From NCBI GenBank assembly GCA_964533265.1, contig CAZHJW010000001.1:53254-117253 (forward strand): DNA of 64,000 nt, in the 5' to 3' direction. The translations under genes were made by a program, and so were the position numbers. Below, one piece after another: positions 28,645 to 36,726 of this stretch. The notes under the pieces are model-generated. The model was not told where the DNA came from. It made no database searches and worked only from the letters and a program-made list of their open reading frames with translations. Origin of the DNA: an uncultured Pedosphaera sp. Lineage in GTDB: Bacteria > Verrucomicrobiota > Verrucomicrobiia > Limisphaerales > UBA1100. Position 1 is the stretch's first letter, and each line of letters begins with the position of its first letter.

Positions 28645-30184
28645 TCTGGCCTGGCCCGGCACCGTTGTGTCGGTCGTTTTCGACAACAATCTGGCCATTA
28701 ACAATAACGTGCTTAAAGCCCGTAGAATATGCATGGGGGAGCTTGAAAGTAGCGTTATCACGGATTTTTTTGGGGTCAAAAACAACCACATCAGCTGCGT
28801 ATCCAACCTTTAGCATTCCCCTGCTCTTGAGCTGAAATGTGCGTGCCGGTAAAGAGGTCATTTTTCTAATAGCTTCCTCAAGTTTTAGTTGCTTTTGATC
28901 TCGAGCATAATGCCCTAAAAATCTTGCCGCGTTGCCGTATCCTCGTGGGTGAGGCACACCTTTATTAAAAGCCCGAACACTGCTGTCACTGGCAAACATG
29001 GTGTAAGGATCAGCTAAAAAAGCTCGTGCATCAGCCTCGCTCATTCCATGAAAGACAGCACTCGCCCCACCGTTAATTTCAATTTCAAAGATCAATGATA
29101 TTTGGTGGTTTAATGTATTTTGTCCGTATCTAAGGCGTGCTGCTTCAACTACGCTCAGGCCGTTGTATCGAGTGTCTTTCTTGTGGTAGGCGATAACCGC
29201 ATAGGAATAGTCATTACGTTTACGAGCGAAGAGACGGCTTTTCATCCAGTTTAAGGTTTCATTTCGTTGTGTTTTATCACTTATGCGTCGAGCGAAGGCA
29301 GCTGCACCGCCAGCCACCATGTCGTCAGGGAGCAGCTGGCGTAAACTCGTGCTGGAGGCCGTGTATGCATACTGGTCATGAGTCAGCTTCAGGCCCTTTT
29401 TACGCGCCGCATTCAGGAAGCTCAGGAGCTGCGGGTGCTTGCCCCACATTGGCTTTCCTGCGAGCTTAAGATGGGAAATATGAACAGGAAGCTTGGCTTG
29501 CGCCCCGATTAGGCACGCTTCATCGACCGCCTTAAAGATATTGGTTCCCTCGCTTCTCATATGGCTGACATATATCCCCTTGTGAGCCGCAACGGTTTTA
29601 GATAGTTCCACAATTTCCTCGGTCTTCGCGAAAGTTCCGGGCAGATAAATGAGTCCGGTTGACATGCCTAAAGCACCGTCAACCATCCCTTTTTCAATGT
29701 ATTGTTTCATTTGGGCTAACTCACGGGCGTCTGGGGGACGGCGGATCGATCCACCCATCACCTGCTTCCTGACAGTGCCATGCCCAATAAGACTGGCGAT
29801 ATTTGGCGAGAAACCCTTTTCCGAAAGATTTATAAAGAAATCGGCTAGATTCAGCTTCGAGGAGCCGCAATTGCCGAGAATCAAAGTGGTGACGCCCATG
29901 CGGAGAAAGTTTTCCGCCTTCGGTAGGTATAAAATATTTTCTGCATGCGTATGTACATCAATGAAACCTGGAGCTACAACCATTCCTCTCGCATCAATCG
30001 TTGATATCCCCTTTCGAGCTTCGACTCCGACCGAAATGATTCTCCCTCCCTCGATGCTTATGTCGGTAATTTCGGGCAGGTTCCCGGAGCCGTCATATAC
30101 TAGACCATTACGGATCACTAAATCCACTGCGCTAAAGCTAGGGATTAATGAAATGCTATAACAAAAGATAACAAGAAGCCGCAT
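28625..30184 (-). CDS. N-acyl-D-amino-acid deacylase family amidohydrolase (D-aminoacylase-like), with signal peptide
   Basis: 519-aa ORF. The N-terminal signal-like segment is MRLLVIFCYSISLIPSFSA. Family blocks are GRIISVG, APGFIDVHTHAE, ISHLK and a C-terminal GYAADVVVFDP. Its start overlaps the gcvH stop (TAATG). Confidence 0.8.
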   Translation of the reverse strand: MRLLVIFCYSISLIPSFSAVDLVIRNGLVYDGSGNLPEITDISIEGGRIISVGVEARKGISTIDARGMVVAPGFIDVHTHAENILYLPKAENFLRMGVTTLILGNCGSSKLNLADFFINLSEKGFSPNIASLIGHGTVRKQVMGGSIRRPPDARELAQMKQYIEKGMVDGALGMSTGLIYLPGTFAKTEEIVELSKTVAAHKGIYVSHMRSEGTNIFKAVDEACLIGAQAKLPVHISHLKLAGKPMWGKHPQLLSFLNAARKKGLKLTHDQYAYTASSTSLRQLLPDDMVAGGAAAFARRISDKTQRNETLNWMKSRLFARKRNDYSYAVIAYHKKDTRYNGLSVVEAARLRYGQNTLNHQISLIFEIEINGGASAVFHGMSEADARAFLADPYTMFASDSSVRAFNKGVPHPRGYGNAARFLGHYARDQKQLKLEEAIRKMTSLPARTFQLKSRGMLKVGYAADVVVFDPKKIRDNATFKLPHAYSTGFKHVIVNGQIVVENDRHNGAGPGQIIRRTQ

Positions 30185-30570
30185 TAGTCCTCGCCGATTT
30201 CAGCCGCATAAGTAGGGGCGTCAATTAAAGCGGATAGATCCGGTTCTCCTATAAGTTTAACCTTAAAGAACCAACCTTCTTTGTATGCACTGTCATTAAC
30301 TAACTCAGGAGCGCCTTCAAGGGCTCTATTAACCTCGATAACTTCACCTGTTACCGGAGAATATATATCGCTGGCAGTTTTTACTGATTCGACAACTGCG
30401 CAATTCTGGCCCGCAGTCAAAGACCTGCCCAATTCAGGCAGTTCCACATAAACAATATCAGTTAATTCTGACTGGGCGTGGTCTGTAATGCCAACAGTGG
30501 CGTATTCAGATTCCAAACAGACCCATTCATGGGTTTTGGTGTATTTAAGGTTTTCCGGAATTGTGCTCAT
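30184..30570 (-). CDS. gcvH: glycine cleavage system H protein
   Basis: 128-aa ORF. It has YTKTHEWV and the lipoyl-lysine block VVESVKTASDIYSPVTGEV. Confidence 0.93.
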   Translation of the reverse strand: MSTIPENLKYTKTHEWVCLESEYATVGITDHAQSELTDIVYVELPELGRSLTAGQNCAVVESVKTASDIYSPVTGEVIEVNRALEGAPELVNDSAYKEGWFFKVKLIGEPDLSALIDAPTYAAEIGED

Positions 30571-31694
30571 GTTTTTACGTAAAGAGGCTTTCCTTTGATC
30601 ATCGCTGGAAACAGCTGGCCTCTAATTTCAATTTCAATGCTGTTCCCGATTTTGTCATGCGGTTCATGGATTAAGGCCATCCCAATACCGGCGTTTAATG
30701 ACGGGCTTTGAGTGCCGCTGGTGACTGAACCTATTGTCGTTCCATCCGCTGAAACCGGATACCCCTGCCTTGGTGGTGGCGATTTCGTGGACATCTGGAA
30801 GGCAAGATTTCGTCTGCTAAGACCGTTTGTATTTTGCTCGGAAAGCCTATCTCTCCCGCGAAACGGCTTGTTCAGATCAACAAAATAACCCAAACCCGCT
30901 TCGATTGGCGTTACTGACTCATCTAGCTCATTCCCGTATAATGGATATCCCATCTCCATTCGCAACGTGTTGCGAGCACCCAAACCTGCTGGCTTCAAGC
31001 CATGCGGATGCCCTAATTCCATTACACGAAACCACAGTTCAGTAATTGTTTCATTCGGTCCCACAATTTCAAACCCGCTTTCACCCGTGTAACCGGTGTT
31101 GGCCACGTAGACATCATTTTCTTCAAAAGTGAATACGTCGATTTGATTTTTTTTAAGATCACTAGGTTTATTAACCCGAATCAAGCCCTCCATGCTGAAG
31201 AGCTCATCAATGAACAACCTTACATTGGGCCCCTGCACAGCAACTGCAGAGAGTTGATTTGATTCATTAACAACATTCACAGTGCGATCTTTGCCGTATT
31301 CCTCTACAAGGTTTTGCAGTTGGGAAAAATCTTCCTCAATTCGGGAAGCGTTTACAATAAGCAGGAAGACTTCTTTGGCGATACGATATACATACAGATC
31401 ATCAATCACTCCGCCATGTGTGTTGCACATTAGTGAGTACTGGGCACCGCCAACAGCTAAAGAGGAAGCTTGATTGGTTAGTGAGCTATCAAGAAAACAC
31501 GCAGATTGTGCACCCCCCACCATAATTTCACCCATGTGCGAGATATCAAAGATGCCCGCTGTATTGCGAACCGCTTGATGCTCGGCAACAATGCTCTTAT
31601 ACTGCACTGGCATTTCCCAGCCCCCAAAATCCACGCATCTGGCTCCTAGTGACTGATGGGCATCAAATAGAGGTGTTCGCTTTAAGTTCAGCAC
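30567..31694 (-). CDS. gcvT: glycine cleavage system aminomethyltransferase (T protein)
   Basis: 375-aa ORF. RTPLFDAHQSLGARCVDFGGWEMPVQY...AGIFDISHMGE...GYTGESGFEI is the canonical GcvT pattern. It has a 4-nt overlap with gcvH. Confidence 0.93.
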   Translation of the reverse strand: MLNLKRTPLFDAHQSLGARCVDFGGWEMPVQYKSIVAEHQAVRNTAGIFDISHMGEIMVGGAQSACFLDSSLTNQASSLAVGGAQYSLMCNTHGGVIDDLYVYRIAKEVFLLIVNASRIEEDFSQLQNLVEEYGKDRTVNVVNESNQLSAVAVQGPNVRLFIDELFSMEGLIRVNKPSDLKKNQIDVFTFEENDVYVANTGYTGESGFEIVGPNETITELWFRVMELGHPHGLKPAGLGARNTLRMEMGYPLYGNELDESVTPIEAGLGYFVDLNKPFRGRDRLSEQNTNGLSRRNLAFQMSTKSPPPRQGYPVSADGTTIGSVTSGTQSPSLNAGIGMALIHEPHDKIGNSIEIEIRGQLFPAMIKGKPLYVKT

Positions 31695-31700
31695 CCGATG

Positions 31701-32420
31701 TTACCCCCACTTCTCAAGTATCACCTGTTCCTTTGATGCCCCCAACTCATCCTTTGCGAGCGACTCAGCCATTTCGACCAAGCCGTTAGGGCCACATGCA
31801 TAAAATATAGTGTTTCCCATGTCGGCTATAATTTCTTTGATCCAATTCGCATCAATCCTACCGCGTCGGCCTGTCCATGGGTCATCTTTTTCTAAACGTG
31901 TACAGGTTGTCAGAAATTCGAAATTCGGATTTTCTTTTGTCGTCTCAAGAAACTCATTGTTGAAGATGATGTCTTTTGTCGTGCGAACCGTATAGAGAAC
32001 TGTAATGCGTGTGTTCAATTTGCGGCGTGTTGCTTCACGCACAAAACCTCTGAAAGGAGTTACCCCAGATCCCCCGGCGATGCAGATTAAATGTTTTCCA
32101 GGAGGATCGAAAACAGGCAGGAATTTTCCCGCTGGCTCAATAACGCCCATAACGTCACCTTCTTCCGCCCAGTCCACAATGCTGGTCCCCATCTTGCCCT
32201 CTCGTTTGACAGTAACCTCAAAACCCCCGCGATCCAACGCACAGGAACTCAAAGAATAAGCGCGTTTGTATTTTGGGTGGTGTGGCCACCATACGGTAAT
32301 GAATTGTCCGGTTTTGAAATCAACATCATATCCTTCCGGCCATTTAAACTGGAGAGTCTTTGTGTCAGGCAACTCCATTGTCACCTTCTCAATTTTCATT
32401 TCCACCCGAAGCTTAGCCAT
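31701..32420 (-). CDS. ferredoxin-NADP reductase-like FAD/NAD(P)-binding oxidoreductase (no Fe-S domain)
   Basis: 239-aa ORF. It has the FAD-binding RAYSLSS (RxYS) motif, NAD-binding ICIAGGSGVTPF and a C-terminal FYACGP block. It lies 6 nt upstream of gcvT. Confidence 0.8.
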   Translation of the reverse strand: MAKLRVEMKIEKVTMELPDTKTLQFKWPEGYDVDFKTGQFITVWWPHHPKYKRAYSLSSCALDRGGFEVTVKREGKMGTSIVDWAEEGDVMGVIEPAGKFLPVFDPPGKHLICIAGGSGVTPFRGFVREATRRKLNTRITVLYTVRTTKDIIFNNEFLETTKENPNFEFLTTCTRLEKDDPWTGRRGRIDANWIKEIIADMGNTIFYACGPNGLVEMAESLAKDELGASKEQVILEKWG

Positions 32421-32622
32421 ATTTTATATCGTGTAAGTGCTTAATTAACCATTTAATGGAGGAGTTTTCCGTGATGGTCTCACCCTAAGGCTCCCCGCCC
32501 AGATATTGCGGCCAGTCGGCAGCGTTCGAAAAAAAGAAATTAAAGCTAGCTGCAGAAATGAAACAATATTCATCGGTTGGCAGATGTTAAAAGGTTGAGT
32601 CTCAGCAAAGTCCGAGGGAGCT

Positions 32623-33471
32623 TCAAGCCTGATTTTGCACAGGCACGTGATTTTGCAGAGATACTGCATCTACAACGTTATCAGGGGCCATCTCTTCCAC
32701 GTTCAATCGCTGTAGCAATTCGGCGGCTAGAACGTCATAAGCTGCGGTGGCCAATCCGTCAGGATCGTAAACCAAAGCAGGTTGTCCATGGCTGGGCGCT
32801 TCTGCAAGGCGTGTCGCTCTAGGAATCGTTGTTTCAAAAATGACATCCGAAAAGTGATTTCGCACCTCATCAAGCACTTGTTGCGAGAGCCGTGTGCGCC
32901 CATCATACATAGTCATAACAATCCCGATAATATTCAGCCCTGGGTTGTCACCGGATTCGCGGACCTGATTGATAAGTCGCTGAACCATCGAAATCCCTTC
33001 CAACGCATAGTATTCACACTGAATCGGTACTAACAGCGAGTCAGCGGCCACAAATGCATTTAGCGTAAGGGAGCCAAGTGAAGGAGGGCAGTCAATTAAA
33101 ACGACGTCATACACATTGGCCATTTTAACAGAATGCAACGCCCTTTGCAGGCGATGGAGGCAATCCTCCATCCGGGGTAATTCAATTTCAGCACCGCACA
33201 GATTTACTTCTCCTGGGATCACCCAAAGATTTTCGCAGGAGGAACATATGATTTGATCAGTCAAAAGGCCATCGCCTACTAGTGACTCATAAACGCTTCC
33301 TCCTTCGCGTTTCTCGACACCTATACCACTGGTGGCATTAGCTTGCGGATCCAAGTCCACCATCAGAACCCTTTGCCCCTGATGTGCTAAACTTGCCGCT
33401 ATATTAATGGTGGTTGTGGTTTTCCCCACCCCGCCTTTTTGATTGGCCACGGCAATGACGTGCGTACCCAT
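32623..33471 (-). CDS. ParA/Soj-family ATPase (orphan, no adjacent parB)
   Basis: The likely start is the ATG at 33471 (MGTHVIAVANQKGGVGKTTTTINIAASLA, deviant Walker A). VLMVDLDPQANAT and LIDCPPSLG blocks are present. It has an about 30-aa C-terminal tail beyond the core. Confidence 0.85.
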   Translation of the reverse strand: MGTHVIAVANQKGGVGKTTTTINIAASLAHQGQRVLMVDLDPQANATSGIGVEKREGGSVYESLVGDGLLTDQIICSSCENLWVIPGEVNLCGAEIELPRMEDCLHRLQRALHSVKMANVYDVVLIDCPPSLGSLTLNAFVAADSLLVPIQCEYYALEGISMVQRLINQVRESGDNPGLNIIGIVMTMYDGRTRLSQQVLDEVRNHFSDVIFETTIPRATRLAEAPSHGQPALVYDPDGLATAAYDVLAAELLQRLNVEEMAPDNVVDAVSLQNHVPVQNQA

Positions 33472-33810
33472 ATGAGTAAGGCTAAAAGGGCTTAGGCGCG
33501 GCTCGGAGTAAAACTTATGCCCACATTTTTCGTTCTTGGCATTATATATGCGTGACATTGTCACTGTGAGAATTGATGTGCAATTTTCAAGGGAAAACAG
33601 TAGGTCCAAACATAGAATGCGTGGTTTTCACGCTGAATGCGGAGATTTTGAGCCGAAGAGAGGGCATGCTCTGGAGGCGGTGATGTCAATTGGAGCCACC
33701 GTTGTAATGATTGCCTTCATAGGCCTACTGCTAAAAGCCTTGGGTTGAGAGAGGCACTGTTCATATTAGGTGACTCGACTTCGCTTTGATTTGGCGTCAT
33801 TTTAGGTGCC

Positions 33811-34998
33811 GTGTCCTTTGTTAATTACTTCGCTAAACTCCCGCTTTCTGGACTACGCGCCAACTCTCTAGCTGCTGACCCGCGTACCGCTCAACAGGCT
33901 ATCACCTCTAAAGAGCCTTCGCTAAGGGATTTTGCGCACATGATTTCCCCGACAGCATCTAAGCATCTAGAAGCATTAGCATTAAAATCAGGGGCTCTCA
34001 CAAGGCAACGGTTCGGGAAAACTATTCGCTTATTTGCCCCACTTTACCTATCGAATGAGTGCATTAATATATGCAGTTACTGTGGTTTTTCGCGAGATAA
34101 TCAGATTCTTAGAACTACGCTTACAACTGAGGAGGTGATGTCAGAAGCCGAAGAGCTTAAGCTGCAAGGCCTCCGGAGCATTCTGTTGGTCGCAGGAGAA
34201 CATCCTAAGTTTATTTCAAATGGGTACGTAATGGAATGCATTCAAGCACTCCATCAATTCATTCCTAGCATCTCTGTTGAGCTGGGTCCGCTCGATGTTT
34301 TTGAATACCAATCGTTAGTCAAAAGCGGGGCCGAAGGGCTGGTTGTATATCAAGAGACCTATGATCGCAATGCATACGCCAATTACCATACCGCTGGCCC
34401 TAAAAAAAAGTTTGATTGGAGGCTAGAGACACCCGAACGAGCTTATGCTGCAGGCTTTAAACGACTTGGGATTGGTGCTCTGCTAGGGCTAAGTGACTGG
34501 CGCACTGAAGCTATTGCTATGGCTGCCCATGCGCAATGGCTCCTAAAGCATTGCTGGAAAGCTCAAATCACTGTGTCACTACCGCGAATTAGACCTTGTG
34601 CGGGGAATTTTGAGCCAGTCGACCTTATCTCTGACCGCGATCTCACACAATTAATCTGCGCCCTTAGATTGTTCCTGCCTGACGTAGGCATTGTTCTCTC
34701 CACGCGTGAGTCGGCCGTTATCAGGAATGGGTTAATCCCGCTAGGAATCACTCACATGAGTGCTGGTAGTCATACCAGCCCCGGAGGCTACACCGGGACC
34801 GATACTGCCTTCACGAGAAGGAGTCGGGAAGAAAACGAGGGGGCAGCCCGCATTAAAGGTAAAGCCGAAAAACCCGAGCAAGCCACGCGTCAATTCGATA
34901 CTGCTGATGGGCGTACTCCTGTCGAGGTTGCTGGGTGCATAAGTCGCCTTGGGTACGAGCCTGTATGGAAAGATTGGGATAAGGCTCTGATGCCTTAG
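33811..34998 (+). CDS. thiH: 2-iminoacetate synthase ThiH (radical SAM)
   Basis: 395-aa ORF with a GTG start. The radical-SAM cluster is CINICSYCGF. The N-terminal length aligns with E. coli ThiH, and thiS follows. The C-terminal region carries a charged insertion (RRSREENEGAARIKGKAEKPEQ). Confidence 0.85.
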   Translation: MSFVNYFAKLPLSGLRANSLAADPRTAQQAITSKEPSLRDFAHMISPTASKHLEALALKSGALTRQRFGKTIRLFAPLYLSNECINICSYCGFSRDNQILRTTLTTEEVMSEAEELKLQGLRSILLVAGEHPKFISNGYVMECIQALHQFIPSISVELGPLDVFEYQSLVKSGAEGLVVYQETYDRNAYANYHTAGPKKKFDWRLETPERAYAAGFKRLGIGALLGLSDWRTEAIAMAAHAQWLLKHCWKAQITVSLPRIRPCAGNFEPVDLISDRDLTQLICALRLFLPDVGIVLSTRESAVIRNGLIPLGITHMSAGSHTSPGGYTGTDTAFTRRSREENEGAARIKGKAEKPEQATRQFDTADGRTPVEVAGCISRLGYEPVWKDWDKALMP

Positions 34999-35076
34999 CT
35001 GGGTCCATTTGACACTGTCTGCCACGAAATTTACAGTAAGACACTTTGAAAAACCAAGGGATTTTCCGATTAGATT

Positions 35077-35283
35077 ATGAATGCATTACTCACTGTGAAC
35101 GGACGCCAAACAGAAGCCAGCCTTCCTTGCTCACTGGAAGAATTTATTAAGAACCGCGGTCTGCACCCGGGTTCGGTAGTTGTCGAACTAAATGGCGCGG
35201 CCATTTCCCCTTCGGAATTTAGCTCGAGAGAAATTCAGGATTGCGACCGACTTGAGATCGTAAATATTGTCGCTGGGGGTTGA
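35077..35283 (+). CDS. thiS: sulfur carrier protein ThiS
   Basis: 68-aa ORF with a ubiquitin-like length and a C-terminal GG (…IVNIVAGG). It lies next to thiH. Confidence 0.85.
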   Translation: MNALLTVNGRQTEASLPCSLEEFIKNRGLHPGSVVVELNGAAISPSEFSSREIQDCDRLEIVNIVAGG

Positions 35284-35292
35284 TCTATAATG

Positions 35293-35316
35293 CAAGTCCT
35301 CGCGGCTTGAATTTTT
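35293..35316 (+). terminator. possible weak intrinsic terminator after thiS
   Basis: The hairpin is CAAGTC-ctcgc-GGCTTG (6 bp including one G-U pair), followed by AATTTTT. Confidence 0.3.
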
Positions 35317-35358
35317 CATCTAAATATATAGAATCAAGAACGTATCGGAGGCTTGCCT

Positions 35359-36687
35359 ATGGCAGACACAACCCCAATTTATCTTGAAGAATTCAAGGCC
35401 TTGCACCCGGCTGACCTAGCAGACCGACTGCAGCGCATGCCCGCCGAAGAGGCGCGGCATATTCTTACTGAGTTGCCCGTAGAGGAAGCCTCCGCAGCAC
35501 TGGCTGAACTTGATGACGAATGGATCAGTGCCGTGCTTGAGGGTTTTCCACAGGCGAAACTGGTGCCGCTTCTCAACGAAATGTACGCCGAAGAGGCTGC
35601 TGATGTTCTAGGAGAGATGCCGGAGGTGGATCGCGCCCGGTTGCTGCGTAAAATGGACAAGAATGAGGCTAGGGCAGCCCGCGACCTCCTGAAATACCCG
35701 GAAGACACGGCCGGCGGAATCATGAACGATCGGTTCGTTACGCTCCGGTCGCACCACACCGTTGGGGAAGCTCAACGCAGAATCCGGCGCAAGCACCGCG
35801 AACAATCCCCTACTGACATCAATTATCTTTTCGTCACCGACAAAGATGAAAAATTGGTCGGGGTAGTATCAATCAGGGATTTAATTTTTTCGGATGACGA
35901 GGTTAAAGTTGCAGACCTAATGAATCGAGAGGTTAAGTATGTCCGTGTAACCGACGACCAAGAGGAAGTCGTTAGGAGATTCGAAAAATACCATTTCCTG
36001 GGCCTTCCGGTACTCGAGGAGGAGGGGCGACTAGTTGGCGTGATTCGAAGTGATGATGCACTTACTGTCGCAATTGAAGAACAAACCGAGGACATGCAGA
36101 AGATGGTGGGCCTGTCTGGTGAAGAGCGAGCCCTCACCCCCTGGAAGCAGTCCTTTGCTCGACGCCTTCCGTGGCTCTGCATCAATCTTCTTACAGCTTG
36201 CCTTGCTGGAGCTGTGGTTGGGTTTTATCAAGACACTGTAGCTCAGTTTGCTGTGTTAGCCATATTCCTGCCGATTATAGCCGGCCAGGGAGGAAATGCA
36301 GGCATGCAAACCGTAACCATTATCATTCGCGACATGGCATTAGGAGAACTGTCCCCTGGCGATGGACGCAAAGCCTTGCTTAAAGAGCTTTTGCTAGGTT
36401 TATTAATTGGACTTGTTATAGGGCTAATCGTAGGGGTTGTTGGGTATCTTATTGGCCCCATCTTCTCTGCGGACGCGGATATTGGCTGGAAGCTCGGCTT
36501 GGTGGCAGGCTTTGCCATGTTGTTAAACCTTGTGGCCGCAGCCATGTTTGGCGTACTGATCCCTTTTGCTTTAAAATTCTTCCGACTGGACCCGGCTCTG
36601 GCCTCCAGCATACTGATCACGACTGTCACCGATGTTGCCGGCTTTTTCTTCCTGCTGGCATTAGCAAGCTGGGTCCTTATCGGATAG
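35359..36687 (+). CDS. mgtE: magnesium transporter MgtE
   Basis: It has an N-terminal MgtE_N domain, tandem CBS domains, and a C-terminal 5-TM domain with the block PIIAGQGGNAG. I prefer the ATG at 35359 over the tracked TTG at 35353 because GGAGG at 35347-35351 sits 7 nt upstream of the ATG. Confidence 0.9.
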   Translation: MADTTPIYLEEFKALHPADLADRLQRMPAEEARHILTELPVEEASAALAELDDEWISAVLEGFPQAKLVPLLNEMYAEEAADVLGEMPEVDRARLLRKMDKNEARAARDLLKYPEDTAGGIMNDRFVTLRSHHTVGEAQRRIRRKHREQSPTDINYLFVTDKDEKLVGVVSIRDLIFSDDEVKVADLMNREVKYVRVTDDQEEVVRRFEKYHFLGLPVLEEEGRLVGVIRSDDALTVAIEEQTEDMQKMVGLSGEERALTPWKQSFARRLPWLCINLLTACLAGAVVGFYQDTVAQFAVLAIFLPIIAGQGGNAGMQTVTIIIRDMALGELSPGDGRKALLKELLLGLLIGLVIGLIVGVVGYLIGPIFSADADIGWKLGLVAGFAMLLNLVAAAMFGVLIPFALKFFRLDPALASSILITTVTDVAGFFFLLALASWVLIG

Positions 36688-36726
36688 AGACTTGACCGAC
36701 TCCAAACCTCTGCACAATCTCCGCCC

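Noticed and set aside
32421-32622. Looked for a glycine riboswitch in the 200-bp region upstream (minus strand) of the FNR-like/gcvT/gcvH operon.
   Set aside because: Read on the minus strand, the region contains GGGCGGGGAGCC...CACGGAAAACTCC. It lacks the conserved GGAGAG...CACCGAAGGGGCAA...CUCAGGCAAAAGGAC elements. The resemblance is too weak to call without an Infernal (RF00504) scan. The 74-aa ORF tracked here (32445-32669) has no supporting features and is treated as spurious.
33600-33810. Looked for a TPP (THI-box) riboswitch in front of thiH.
   Set aside because: Only a vague GGCAC...GTGCC pairing and a TTGAGAGAGG stretch are present. The universally conserved CUGAGA and ACCUGAUCUGGAUAAUGCCAGCG-like segments are not recognisable. 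An Infernal scan with RF00059 would be decisive.
35284-35358. Looked for an M-box (ykoK) magnesium riboswitch upstream of mgtE.
   Set aside because: The intergenic region is only about 75 nt, far shorter than the ~160-nt M-box. It is mostly occupied by a small hairpin and an SD.
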